Shown here: positions 29,315-39,425 of the stretch, one piece after another
Layout of the letters: each line of letters opens with the position of its first letter
Position numbering within the stretch: position 1 is the stretch's first letter
Origin: a virus
Virus record (IMG/VR): IMGVR_UViG_3300046170_000449
Span: 14,034-78,033 of that record
Reading direction: 5' to 3' (one strand)
DNA length: 64,000 nucleotides
Program-made: the position numbers and the translations under genes
The notes under the pieces: model-generated
What the model was told of the DNA's origin: nothing
The model's database searches: none
What the model saw: only the letters and a program-made list of their open reading frames with translations

Positions 29315-29683
29315 GTGTCAAAGCCTAACTTCGTAAATTACGGCAGCGATTATCCCAGACCTCGCTTCGTCAAGAATGAGTGGCTTGTTCCGTATGCCGT
29401 TACCCCAAGCACTGATGAGGATGGCGTAATTAGCTACGAAGCAAGCGAAGTTGCAAGCAAGACGCTATTTGCACACGATCTTAATGCCGTGGTTCCAGCA
29501 GGTAATGATGCTGACGTGATTGAAGCCGTTAAATACGGGATCAGATTGCAACGAGCAGCGAAATACCCACCGATTCAAGATTTTTTAGACGGGACCGCCA
29601 AAGGCGATCAAGACCAAATCGATAAATACAAGGCTGCCTGTCTTGCAGTGAAGGCAAAGTACCCGTTCCCCGAGGAGCAGTAG
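29315..29683 (+). CDS. Tail fibre assembly chaperone-like protein
   Basis: RAAKYPPIQDFLD......YKAACLAVKAKYP. Confidence 0.7.
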   Translation: MSKPNFVNYGSDYPRPRFVKNEWLVPYAVTPSTDEDGVISYEASEVASKTLFAHDLNAVVPAGNDADVIEAVKYGIRLQRAAKYPPIQDFLDGTAKGDQDQIDKYKAACLAVKAKYPFPEEQ

Positions 29684-29717
29684 TATCAAAAGCGCACACC
29701 AACCGAAGAGACAACTG

Positions 29718-30401
29718 ATGTCAATCAATCTGAACAAGGCAGCTAAATACTATAAAGAAGAGCCCCATCAACTAGCTGCCTGGAACTGGTTAGAAAGCCA
29801 GTTATCCGAAGCTACGCTTGATCAGTTTGCTGAGATGTACCGCGCTGGTCCAGTAAATCCCAGCACTAACATCATTACACCACAGATCTGTCAACAATTA
29901 ACTGGTTATTCAGCCAGTGCTTTTGACGATACCTTCTGTGGTGACTTTAATAAGTTGTTATCTATGACTGGCTTTGACCAACATAGAGAAGCAATGTGCA
30001 TGTTGATTGCGAATCTTATGCATGAAACTGGTAATTTCAAGTGGATGTCTGAGATTGCGGACGGCTCAGCCTATGAGGGCCGTACTGATCTTGGAAACAC
30101 GCACCCAGGTGATGGGAAAAAGTACAAAGGAGCTGGAGTTTTAATGCTGACAGGCAGGTATAACTACTCACGTGCAGCAGAAAAACTACAGGATCCGCTT
30201 ATCTTGGAACGCGGATGGAAATATGTAACAGATCATTATCCGTTTAGGTCTGCCTTAGGCTGGATTGAAGATAATAATCTGTTAAATGTCTGTCTCACAA
30301 AAGGATTCGACGACTGTTGTTACCGAATCAACGGAGGTTGGAACGGATATCAGGACCGAGCAGACAAGTATGCCATCGCTAAAAAGGTCTTCGGGGTTTA
30401 G
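29718..30401 (+). CDS. GH19 (chitinase-like) endolysin
   Basis: HETG.F...E...G.AYEGR.DLGN...GDG.KYKG.G..MLTGRYNY...INGG.NG..DR. Confidence 0.9.
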   Translation: MSINLNKAAKYYKEEPHQLAAWNWLESQLSEATLDQFAEMYRAGPVNPSTNIITPQICQQLTGYSASAFDDTFCGDFNKLLSMTGFDQHREAMCMLIANLMHETGNFKWMSEIADGSAYEGRTDLGNTHPGDGKKYKGAGVLMLTGRYNYSRAAEKLQDPLILERGWKYVTDHYPFRSALGWIEDNNLLNVCLTKGFDDCCYRINGGWNGYQDRADKYAIAKKVFGV

Positions 30402-30847
30402 TTCTACCATTATTCTTTTTCTTGGGTTATGGGCTCTTACGTCCATAACTGTTTTACTTCGGGCGATGTACAATGTCTAAAGATAAAGACATCAAAGTAA
30501 ACCTTTGCTACGAGCTTAATAAAGAACGTAAGTGTCAAACTCTTTCCAAAGAAGATGCTTACACTACTCGTAAGTGGGTTGAAGGAGAAGGCGGTTTTGT
30601 TTGGTGGTTCAATCCTCTTTGATCCATGGAGCTTTTGCACGTAGCTTCCATCCATCAATACTAATCTCTGGCTCCTTCACTTCAGTAGGTTTCCAGTTAG
30701 ATTCTTTTTTATATTGCTCAACCGCAACATCTAAACGATGATGAGTTAATGCAAGGTTTTTTCGCCGTTGAATTTCTTCTTCGATATCTCTGCTACCAGC
30801 AGAATTCCACTCCCATAGGGAAAGAGAATCCATGGGAGTGAGTCCTT

Positions 30848-30997
30848 TCACTTTTTTAGCGTCTTGGGCTTTAAGTTTAACAAAGCACGAAGAATAAGTT
30901 CGACGACACTATTGTCTTTATACTTACTCATGCCAATAATTTCACTGGCAGCAGCAATAATGATCCAGGTAATTGGACTAGAAAGTACGTCTTGCAT
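30848..30997 (-). CDS. Small membrane protein (holin-like)
   Basis: MQDVLSSPITWIIIAAASEIIGMSKYKDNSVVELIL..., near the endolysin. Confidence 0.45.
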   Translation of the reverse strand: MQDVLSSPITWIIIAAASEIIGMSKYKDNSVVELILRALLNLKPKTLKK

Positions 30998-31021
30998 TTT
31001 TAAAGTGCGGCTATAACTATT

Positions 31022-31762
31022 CTACCGGTCAAATTCCTGGTGAATACAATCTAGATCTAAGTGTTTAAAAACATGCTTATTGATTTTTTTCTTTTCTGTT
31101 TTTGTTTCCCAAAAGTATTCTTCACTTTCACCTAGTCTTCCCCATTTAGCAGAAGGGGTTTCTACATTAAAATAGCGCGATGAGACGAGGAAGTCGGGGG
31201 TTTCAAGTCCTTCAGGGGACAACGATATGTCAATAACACAACACCTGTTATTAGGGTAGGCCGCCAACTGACCAGTAGACAGTTCGATGATGTTGAAAGA
31301 CTTGTGTTCTTCTGGCGTTTCGGAGAAAGATAAATCAGCCCTATCGCGGTCCCCATGAAAAGAGTCGATAGTAAACAAATAACTACCGGAGATTGAGCCT
31401 TGAGTCTTTGTCCTGACTTCCCAGCCCATTGAATAGGGAAGATTTTTTTCGATACAGGTGATGTCATGACTAAAGCAATTCCAGAATTGTAGTTCTTCTA
31501 AAGGCAAGTCTGGCACAGGCTTTTGAGGTTTATCAGGTGAGTCAGAGTCCCAACTTAAAAAGGCCGAGATCGGGAGCTTGTCGTAAAGCGCACCATAAGA
31601 CGGGATATAAGTTTCAAAATAAAACGCCCTCCCAGGTAAAGACTTAACAGAAACCCAATAACCAATAACATATTCACCATGGGAATGACGACAATCATAG
31701 AGGTATTCTTTTCTAATCCAAACCTTCACAGGTGGGACGTTGGCTATTAAGGTCGCCATCAA
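31022..31762 (-). CDS. Conserved marine-phage hypothetical protein
   Basis: LIANVPP..VWIRKEYLYD...GALYDKLPISAF...EHKSFN...GQLAAYPNNR. Confidence 0.7.
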   Translation of the reverse strand: MMATLIANVPPVKVWIRKEYLYDCRHSHGEYVIGYWVSVKSLPGRAFYFETYIPSYGALYDKLPISAFLSWDSDSPDKPQKPVPDLPLEELQFWNCFSHDITCIEKNLPYSMGWEVRTKTQGSISGSYLFTIDSFHGDRDRADLSFSETPEEHKSFNIIELSTGQLAAYPNNRCCVIDISLSPEGLETPDFLVSSRYFNVETPSAKWGRLGESEEYFWETKTEKKKINKHVFKHLDLDCIHQEFDR

Positions 31763-31909
31763 TTAAAGGTCGAATATCTTGCACTCTAATGCCCAAGGCT
31801 CTTCTTTGCAGTACACTTTGAAGAAATCTTTAGGTTTTGTTTTAGGTTGTTTGTTGTTCCAGTACTTTTTAATTAACTCAGTCCGTTCAGCTACGACAGG
31901 AAAAGCCAT
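31763..31909 (-). CDS. CP12-like small protein (C-terminal Cys pair only)
   Basis: 48 aa ending FFKVYCKEEPWALECKIFDL (cf. CP12 YC.ENP.A.ECR.YD); not in the ORF track. Confidence 0.6.
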   Translation of the reverse strand: MAFPVVAERTELIKKYWNNKQPKTKPKDFFKVYCKEEPWALECKIFDL

Positions 31910-31935
31910 GTGTTTATTGTTTTTTATATTATAAA

Positions 31936-32868
31936 TTATTGTGTGTTTGCGTAAGGCGTAAAGATTCCAGATGGAAACTTTTCATCCATACCATGGTCTC
32001 GTGCCCAAGCTTCTTTCCATTCTGTTAACGAGAGTTCGTGAAGAGTATCTGTCCAGTTTTCTGTTGCGTCCAAAATAATTTTCCCTGTATCTTGACCTAA
32101 ATCAGGACCGATGACCCAGGTGATTACACCGCTAGTGGTTGGGTTATTATCATTTACTTGTACAAAAACACCACTTGCTATATCTGCATAGGTGACTGAG
32201 TAAGCTGAATTTACAGCAAGAGTAATGTCAGTAATAATGTCAGAAGAAATACTAATAAATGGTTCAAAGCCAAAGACATTTACTCCACTTTCTTGTAATA
32301 CATAAGAAAGGATTGTGTCTTCCGTTAAAATATATTGTTCACGATCGTCATTGATATCGATAACTAAACCAACGCCGTAATTAAACTCCTCATTCCTGGT
32401 GGCCGAGACACAGATTAAATAGTTACCTGGCTCCAGCTCGTAGAACATTTCATCGCCTTTATCAAAGCGTTTAGTATTAAAAGTATTATATAAATCCGAC
32501 TGTGCGCCAGCCACATTTCCACGGTAAGCTTCAGGCTCTTGTTGGATGATCATACCTTCAATCGGGTTACGATTTTGGTCATAAACAGCTAGCATTAACC
32601 TGCTGTTTACATCTTGATATAAATTCTGTCGTGATGTATTAGTAGTTGAAAGAACAGTGCCTCCCTTAATTAAAATAATCCAGCCTGCTTTTTCAAGCGT
32701 GACTTGAAACCAGTTGTTATATGTATTATTTCCTATACCACCTTCAATAATTTGGGAACGCATACCCAAAGTACTAGTCAAAAACCTAAGGGAGGTGCGA
32801 TCAAACTTCCCTAGGTTTAAAGGATTAAATTGCGACCGCTCCCGCTGACTTAAATTTGAATTGGCCAT
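31936..32868 (-). CDS. Hypothetical (likely structural, beta-sandwich) protein
   Basis: YELEPGNYLICVS. Confidence 0.55.
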   Translation of the reverse strand: MANSNLSQRERSQFNPLNLGKFDRTSLRFLTSTLGMRSQIIEGGIGNNTYNNWFQVTLEKAGWIILIKGGTVLSTTNTSRQNLYQDVNSRLMLAVYDQNRNPIEGMIIQQEPEAYRGNVAGAQSDLYNTFNTKRFDKGDEMFYELEPGNYLICVSATRNEEFNYGVGLVIDINDDREQYILTEDTILSYVLQESGVNVFGFEPFISISSDIITDITLAVNSAYSVTYADIASGVFVQVNDNNPTTSGVITWVIGPDLGQDTGKIILDATENWTDTLHELSLTEWKEAWARDHGMDEKFPSGIFTPYANTQ

Positions 32869-32894
32869 TCGAGAACTACTGCTATCACACTATT

Positions 32895-33647
32895 CTAAGA
32901 TTGATTATTTTTTAACGTATTCCAATCAATAATTTTAGTTAAAGGATCTGTTGCCTCCTCAATTTGCTGCACAACTTCATCGCCTGCTTTAATTTTTACA
33001 CGATGAGATTCAATTAACAATCTGTTGACTCCGATTCCTAAAGCATTACGTGCATCAAAGGTTGCCATCTTATCCTTTTCTAACTCCAAATGTAAGTAAT
33101 CAAACTTAGTAGGAGGGTGTAGAAAGTTCCATGAAGAAGTCAGGTGCAGAGGATTTAAACACTGCTTGTTACCACAGGACCTGGTGACGCTCATCTTTCC
33201 GATGTCACCATGGAACAGTGTGTACATAACCTTGGGCAGATTTTCGCGGTAGTCACGACCCTTTGAATGAAAGTGCGTCTTCCAAGAGTCGTAAGTCAAC
33301 GTCTTTTTTGACCAGCCTGATTCAGCTTTTGGCGTCCAGCACTTACCTGTATCAGTTATGGACACATCAGCTTCTTCTAAGACCTCATTAAAAAAGTGGT
33401 AGAACTTCGTTCGATATTGATACTCCATGTAATTAAAGTCAACGCCGCAGAGACCGCTTTGGATCATCTTGACGCAGTGGTAGCACCAATGCTTCTCCTT
33501 ATCCCTAATGGTGTGTCCGCGATGGCATGGTGTGCCCTCATAGAAGCCTTGTTCATCAAGAGATTTATAAGGAGAAATGACTCGGAAGCCCAGGCTTTCA
33601 ATTGCAGCACGTCTACGGAAGGGTCTTTTATGCCTTGGATTAGCCAT
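32895..33647 (-). CDS. HNH/His-Cys-like nuclease domain protein
   Basis: CHRGH..CYHC; CW...; VTRSCGNKQCLNPLHL. Confidence 0.6.
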   Translation of the reverse strand: MANPRHKRPFRRRAAIESLGFRVISPYKSLDEQGFYEGTPCHRGHTIRDKEKHWCYHCVKMIQSGLCGVDFNYMEYQYRTKFYHFFNEVLEEADVSITDTGKCWTPKAESGWSKKTLTYDSWKTHFHSKGRDYRENLPKVMYTLFHGDIGKMSVTRSCGNKQCLNPLHLTSSWNFLHPPTKFDYLHLELEKDKMATFDARNALGIGVNRLLIESHRVKIKAGDEVVQQIEEATDPLTKIIDWNTLKNNQS

Positions 33648-33704
33648 TTAAAGTCATGTCTTTTAAAAATTCTAGGGGTTTTTGGGGCGATAAACCTTCT
33701 GTTT

Positions 33705-34192
33705 GTATCAAGGTGATACCAAAATAACTGAACTTTTAAAAGTTGGGCCTGAACTTTTTGAACTAAGAAGCCAATGGTAGCAAGGAGTCTCAGGGATTTC
33801 AGAAAAGTTGGGGCAGTTTCGGGCCTTATTTCATACCTTTTACTAGAGGATTTGGGGTTTTTGGTGCATGTGGCTTTTGTTAGAAAGCTTTACATTTGTT
33901 TTTTTTAATTGGTCTCCTTCAAACCCCCCGCTCCCCCCGAGCGCCACCACCACAGCCTTAGATATGAAGGCAGCCAGGGCCCCTGGTCATTCAAAAAATA
34001 AACGTAACGAAATACAACAAAATCCACGCGCCCCAAAAACTACAAATCCCTTAGAGAAGGAGTTAAATAGGGGTCTAAACCCCCTGAACTTTTTCTCAAT
34101 AAGGTGAGAATGACTGGTATGACTGGTGTTTGGGGCACAAAAAGTTCGCAAAAGTTCAGCCGAACTTTTAGAGCTTTGTATCACCTTGATAC
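33705..34192. other. Candidate replication origin with terminal inverted repeats and iteron-like GAACTTTT boxes
   Basis: GTATCAAGGTGATAC (33705-33719) and its reverse complement (34178-34192); about 8 GAACTTTT/AAAAGTT copies; non-coding; about 1.8 kb from the primase-helicase gene. Confidence 0.55.
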
Positions 34193-34209
34193 GTAGAATC
34201 TAAAGGAAT

Positions 34210-34233
34210 AAAAAAGAGGCCCTTTCGAGCCTC
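34210..34233 (-). terminator. Rho-independent terminator
   Basis: - strand GAGGC-TCGAAAGG-GCCTC followed by TTTTTT. Confidence 0.7.
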
Positions 34234-34258
34234 CTCTGTCTTTATATTTCCTAAATCA

Positions 34259-35515
34259 TTAGGCCATACCTACTGCTGCCTTCTTGCGTTTCTTTGGCCT
34301 CTTGATTACCGGAGCTTCCTTCTCGATGGCAGGCTTCAGCGCCTCCAGGAACTCCTCCTTGACTTGTGTAGCAACTGTGTCCCATTGATACTTAGGATCC
34401 GTTGCACGCTCGTAGCAGGCTTCTCCGACGGCCTTGAGCTTGTTTCGGTCGTTATACAGCTCAGTCATCAGCTCAGCTAGGTGCTCAGCTGATGGGACGT
34501 ACATGTCGCGGTTATAATTCGTGTCAACGTCACAGAAACACGAATCAATCAGTGGTGCTGCACCATCAAAGATTTCTTTACAGCTCGTGTGAGCAGGCAC
34601 AATCTGAGCGATACCACAGGCTGCACTCTCATGATTGACTAAGCCGTGACCCTCACCTTTGCAGGTGTTGACTGAGATGTCAGCGGAGTTATAGATGCAA
34701 TTCAACATATCAACTGGTACTGATGGCGGCTGCGGCGACTCGGTCGTTCGGATAATGCGGCCATTCGGATCAAGACCTTGTTTACGCATCTCACGTCCAA
34801 ATAAAGACATGATGTCCCAGCCTTGATCTTTTCCGCCCATGTGAAGGTAAAGCATGGCGTCAGGCTTACCTACTGCAAATTGGGCGAAGGCATCAATTGT
34901 GATATCGATACGTTTACGTTGCTGATTCCTATTGCCATTAAAAATAATAAATTTGTCTTCTGGAATGTTTAGCTTTTTACGCGCTTCAACCTTGTCCATC
35001 GGAAAGAATTGGCCGTCCGTAATGCCGTGTGGAATCACAGCAACAGGTTTTGATACGCCACCTGCATGTAGTTCACGTACACCAAATTCCGTGTAACAGA
35101 TCAAACCATCCCACAGATTGGAATGATCAGCAATAGCTCCAGTCCAGCCATACGAATCCATGGGTACATAGGCCAGGAACCGGAACCTGCCCTCACCATG
35201 GAAGTCTTTGATTTGACTGTAGAGTTGATTTACTATCCACAGGTCGTTGTTGACAAAGATTAGATCTGGCTTCTCTCGCTCAGTAACTTCTCTGATACGT
35301 TGCACACCAAAGGGTTCCTGCTGGAAGCGATTCGACGAAGGATAGACTTTAAAATCTCTATCGAATTCACATGGATCTCCCCAGTGATTGTTCGCTAGTA
35401 CAACAATTTCAAAGTCATCTTTGAGTCGAACAATCAAGTTTTCTGTGACACGAGCGAATCCAGTCTTTGCTACTAAATCACCCGAGTACAAGATTTTTGG
35501 CTTTTTGATTTTCAT
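34259..35515 (-). CDS. Glycosyltransferase family 4
   Basis: TGFARV, VIPHG, GNRNQQRKRID, YNSAD.....GEGHGL...ESAACG. Confidence 0.9.
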   Translation of the reverse strand: MKIKKPKILYSGDLVAKTGFARVTENLIVRLKDDFEIVVLANNHWGDPCEFDRDFKVYPSSNRFQQEPFGVQRIREVTEREKPDLIFVNNDLWIVNQLYSQIKDFHGEGRFRFLAYVPMDSYGWTGAIADHSNLWDGLICYTEFGVRELHAGGVSKPVAVIPHGITDGQFFPMDKVEARKKLNIPEDKFIIFNGNRNQQRKRIDITIDAFAQFAVGKPDAMLYLHMGGKDQGWDIMSLFGREMRKQGLDPNGRIIRTTESPQPPSVPVDMLNCIYNSADISVNTCKGEGHGLVNHESAACGIAQIVPAHTSCKEIFDGAAPLIDSCFCDVDTNYNRDMYVPSAEHLAELMTELYNDRNKLKAVGEACYERATDPKYQWDTVATQVKEEFLEALKPAIEKEAPVIKRPKKRKKAAVGMA

Positions 35516-35952
35516 TAACCGTTTAATTGCTGTTGTAATGTTACACGATTTCCCTTGCTAAAGTTCTCTTTAGCTGGCAAATAACGCAGATTACTTTCTA
35601 CATGCAAGCCGCACATGATGGGTGAGATAAGAGGGAAATAGTGATCCACATGATGACCAGGTGGGCAGTTGAGATAAATCTCTTCAATTTTTTTTAGGTC
35701 AGCCCACGCCGGGGTTGCTTGTAGCTTTGCTGCTCTACGCTTGGCAGTTTGTGCGCGACTTTTTTCGCGGTTGGCTTTGTAATAAGCTTGGATTTTTTCA
35801 CGGTTAGCTTTGTGATAAGCTAAGCCTCGTTTTTTCTGACAAGTTTTGCAGTCTCTACGATAAATGTTTTGGTCTTTCCTAAAATTATAGCCTGACAGGG
35901 GCTTTTCAAGTCCGCATTTAGTGCAGACTTGAGTCTCAATTGTTGCCTTCAT
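35515..35952 (-). CDS. HNH homing endonuclease
   Basis: CTKC...CKTC; RRAAKLQATPAWAD; HHVDH..PL....CGLHVESNL. Confidence 0.85.
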   Translation of the reverse strand: MKATIETQVCTKCGLEKPLSGYNFRKDQNIYRRDCKTCQKKRGLAYHKANREKIQAYYKANREKSRAQTAKRRAAKLQATPAWADLKKIEEIYLNCPPGHHVDHYFPLISPIMCGLHVESNLRYLPAKENFSKGNRVTLQQQLNG

Positions 35953-35958
35953 CCATAC

Positions 35959-38529
35959 TTAGTGATGCTTAACTTGAATCTTACCGTATATTTCGACATA
36001 TGAGTCAGGGTTAAGGGACAATTCAACGATTGAAGGATAATAATTATCAACGTCAAATTGTCTGATTTTGACATTAAACAAAGAGACAGTCCTGTTATTG
36101 GTCTTTGAAACATTCACGTTGAGCTGGTTCTGCAGGATGTCAATTAAGTTGGCCTCAAAACGTGAGCGAGACTGGGCACCTACGTTGTTATTCCTAGAGA
36201 ATTCACAGTAGTTTGCGTACAGTTTGCGATCAGCGTTTGCGTAGAACGTAAGCGAGTCTTTCCCTGCTGGTTTCGCGTCACCGATCATGACTTTGTTTTG
36301 CGGCACGAAAATAATATTTTGGTTTAACCAGTCGATGATGGGGTTAGCTCGTGTGAGTTGCTTAACAGAATGTTCTTTGAAGTATTTGACTCGCTCGTTA
36401 GTCTCTAAGAGGTAGGACTCCATCTCTTCTGTGCTCATCTCAAGCAGCCAGTTGACCAAACCGGGAAGCTCTTTTGCAAATTTACCTACGATGTGACCAT
36501 TCTGTAGGACTTCGACTAATGTAGTTTGCTCCTTAGCGGAGCCACGGAAGACACGATCGAAAGGAACTGTTAAGCGACGACGAGCCAGACCAGATGTTGC
36601 ATCTGTTGTAGCAATCTGCTCGTTGGCAGAGATCATGCATAAACCTTTGAAGATAAAGTTTTCACTACCGCCGAACTTGTGTTCGGCTAGGACTTCATCA
36701 CCACCAGTAATAGCTTTTAGTTGGGTTACATTACCTGCATACCGCTCGACATCATTGAAGAGCAGTAGTTTTTTACCAGCAATACCTGATAGCCCAAACC
36801 GATTCTTTTCTAAACGTTCGAGGTTAGATACTGCAGCACTCTCCCGGCCAACCAATGCAGTGCATAGTTTCATGAAGGAAGACTTACCTGACTTACCTGG
36901 GCCAACTACCTCCATAAATTTTTGGATGTGACCAGAGCAGGTGAGGACTGCACGCATCCAGGCACGTAGTAATTGAACTCGATCTTCATCACCGAACTGT
37001 GTAAAACTTAACCAGTTCTTAATTTGATCGCAAGTATTTGATGGATCGTATTGGAAACTCAAAGCGTGCGTAATTTTCTGTTCCCTTTTTGGCTCGGAAA
37101 GTTCGCGGGTTGTCAGATCAAAGACCCCATTTTGAAATAGGATTTGGTTTACGTCCTGCTCCCAGTCATTATCTTCCAGAAGGAATGAGAGGTTCTCATA
37201 CATCTGCTTAACAAAGGCATTATCGAAACCGTTGGGCAGGCAGGAGCTTTTCAGCTCAACACATTTGCTCCAGATTTCGCTCATCATCTTGCTTTTATCT
37301 AGGCTCACCCATAGTCCTGGAGTAGATCTGTCATGGTCGTACTTAAGGAAGGAGTTACTGGCGGGATCAAACAGCAAGTTACCTTCATACATTCTTAACA
37401 ATGAATGTGCCACATGATCACTGGACATGTTCTTGGTGCTTTTCTTCTCCTTACCTGGTGGCTCAATACGCTCAACACGTGTTTGCCTAGGTGTTTCAGT
37501 AGGGTTGAAGAGTAGATTGCCCATGTTTTCGATTAGATTTTCCAAGTCTTTTTCAGCCATTTCTAGCTGTTCATCACCGACGTTATTAACCAAGTACTCT
37601 TGATTAGGAGACCAACCGGCTTCTTTAGCGTGATGAAAGAGAGTACCAGGTCCAATGCCACCATTTCTATTGAATGATTTCCAGCGTCGTTGGCACTCGC
37701 CTTCCTTATACTTGTCCGATTGTTTGGACCACTCGTCCCATTGGTCTAAAAGTGAGTCATCAACTGAATGAAGTGATTGTCCAATTGCTATCCAGACGTC
37801 GTAGTCATCTGTAGCTTCTGAAGGCAAAGCCCACATTGCTTCAGTCGCTTCCTGGATGGTGCGCTCTAGTCCAATGTTTGCAGTGAAAGCAAAGTTCCCA
37901 CCAAAGGTGCGGATGTTTTCTTCATTAGGTGCACCCTGTTTAATATTCTTTAATTTAATTTTACGAAGAACCCACTGTGGCAACTCAGGTAAGCAATCGA
38001 TGCGTTCAAAACCTTCACCTGTTTTTGTGTGGTAGCCATCAGTCTTTGGATGCACCCCCATCAAAACTCCTTGGTGTCGCTTCCAAAGAATCTCTAACTT
38101 CTCACCGGCACCATCGGCGTGCCATGCATACTTATTTCGTAGGAAGTATTTCCAATTTTCTTTTGACAGTTTATAAAGTTTTCTTTCACGGCCTTCACGA
38201 CCTGAAAGGATAGTCAATGTTTTTGGTAAAGCTTCTTCAACTGTTAATTCCGACTCTTCCTCAATGGTTTTATAAACGGTTGGGCCATCGACATCAACCC
38301 AAACAAAGCCATAGGGTTGGTTGTAACAAGGCCCAGAGATCAGACCGATTGCTTTACAGTCGCCCTTTTCTATTTCAAGTTGTATCTCTTCTTTTGTTTG
38401 TGGCTTGTTTTGCCACCCAGTCAGATATGGATTTTTGTTACTGCCGACCGGTGTCAAGGGCCAGTCAACAGGGATTAAATCAAGATTTATTTCACCGGGT
38501 TGTACTGTTTTTTCCGTCATGTTGCTCAT
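35959..38529 (-). CDS. Primase-polymerase / PriCT-2 / D5-type SF3 helicase
   Basis: WVDVDG prim-pol, DYDVWIAIGQSLH...WDEWSKQSDKY, GPGKSGKS Walker A, LKAITGGD. Confidence 0.92.
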   Translation of the reverse strand: MSNMTEKTVQPGEINLDLIPVDWPLTPVGSNKNPYLTGWQNKPQTKEEIQLEIEKGDCKAIGLISGPCYNQPYGFVWVDVDGPTVYKTIEEESELTVEEALPKTLTILSGREGRERKLYKLSKENWKYFLRNKYAWHADGAGEKLEILWKRHQGVLMGVHPKTDGYHTKTGEGFERIDCLPELPQWVLRKIKLKNIKQGAPNEENIRTFGGNFAFTANIGLERTIQEATEAMWALPSEATDDYDVWIAIGQSLHSVDDSLLDQWDEWSKQSDKYKEGECQRRWKSFNRNGGIGPGTLFHHAKEAGWSPNQEYLVNNVGDEQLEMAEKDLENLIENMGNLLFNPTETPRQTRVERIEPPGKEKKSTKNMSSDHVAHSLLRMYEGNLLFDPASNSFLKYDHDRSTPGLWVSLDKSKMMSEIWSKCVELKSSCLPNGFDNAFVKQMYENLSFLLEDNDWEQDVNQILFQNGVFDLTTRELSEPKREQKITHALSFQYDPSNTCDQIKNWLSFTQFGDEDRVQLLRAWMRAVLTCSGHIQKFMEVVGPGKSGKSSFMKLCTALVGRESAAVSNLERLEKNRFGLSGIAGKKLLLFNDVERYAGNVTQLKAITGGDEVLAEHKFGGSENFIFKGLCMISANEQIATTDATSGLARRRLTVPFDRVFRGSAKEQTTLVEVLQNGHIVGKFAKELPGLVNWLLEMSTEEMESYLLETNERVKYFKEHSVKQLTRANPIIDWLNQNIIFVPQNKVMIGDAKPAGKDSLTFYANADRKLYANYCEFSRNNNVGAQSRSRFEANLIDILQNQLNVNVSKTNNRTVSLFNVKIRQFDVDNYYPSIVELSLNPDSYVEIYGKIQVKHH

Positions 38530-38821
38530 AAGTCGATCCTTACTTTAAACCTTTTTTGAGTTGCATCTTGTTTTTTTGCAATTTCATAAGCATGTAAATG
38601 AGCACAGGAAGGTAGTACAAAGCAATCACCATCCATGCCATTGGCCATGGCATGCGAGATAGCTGCTACCCACTGCCCCGAACAAATGTGAATGTCCACG
38701 GGGTCCTTTGGTTTGTTTGTTTACTTATCCTATAGGAAGTTCATCAAACCTAATTCATCCTAATTTGGAAAAAATTAGGAGTTTATTTGGAATAGAATGA
38801 AAAGACCAGACGGTATAGAGA

Positions 38822-39424
38822 ATGGTAGTAGGACAGGCAACACCAGGAGCAGGAATGGTAGGAGCAACTTCCACTTCCCCTGGAAGAGAGTACGGAATTA
38901 AAGGTTCTTTTGACAAGGATTATATCAATGAGATCCTTGCAGGCTCAAGAAGTCGAGTCGATGATATTTTAAATCAATCCAACAATGAGTCCAGAAGAGA
39001 TGCGATTATTAGAAAAAACCAAGAAAGGATTAGAAGTGATCTTGAATATTTGAATGAAACCATTGGTGACCCAATTGATCGTGAAGCTGAAAGAGATAGA
39101 GCAAATCCTCGTTTTGATCCATACGATGCCGAGCGTAGGCAACGTTTGCTCAATGACTACAAGCAGATGAACGGAAAACAAAGCCTTGCAGAATTAGCTG
39201 GCAGGTATGGCGCTGATTTTAAATTTGGACACAAGCCCTATCAACAAGCAAAGGAACTAGGTTATTTAGATTCTGAAATTCTAAGTTTCTTAGATGAAAA
39301 TTCTGGATATCGATCTTCCAATCTCTACAATGAATTGAAATCAGGAAACGTTGACATGAATAATATTGCAAGTAATGAAGACCGTGGCATGTATGGCTTC
39401 AGAAACATTATTGACATGATGTGA
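38822..39424 (+). CDS. Hypothetical protein (isolated + strand gene, virion-like motifs)
   Basis: LAGRYG..FGHKPYQQAKELGYLDSEI. Confidence 0.55.
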   Translation: MVVGQATPGAGMVGATSTSPGREYGIKGSFDKDYINEILAGSRSRVDDILNQSNNESRRDAIIRKNQERIRSDLEYLNETIGDPIDREAERDRANPRFDPYDAERRQRLLNDYKQMNGKQSLAELAGRYGADFKFGHKPYQQAKELGYLDSEILSFLDENSGYRSSNLYNELKSGNVDMNNIASNEDRGMYGFRNIIDMM

Positions 39425-39425
39425 T

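Noticed and set aside
33705-33719. NtcA binding site
   Set aside because: Spacing is GTA-N9-TAC, not the canonical N8
33868-34184. ORFs 33868-34107 and 33987-34184
   Set aside because: They fall inside the repeat-rich origin-like region and have no protein-like features
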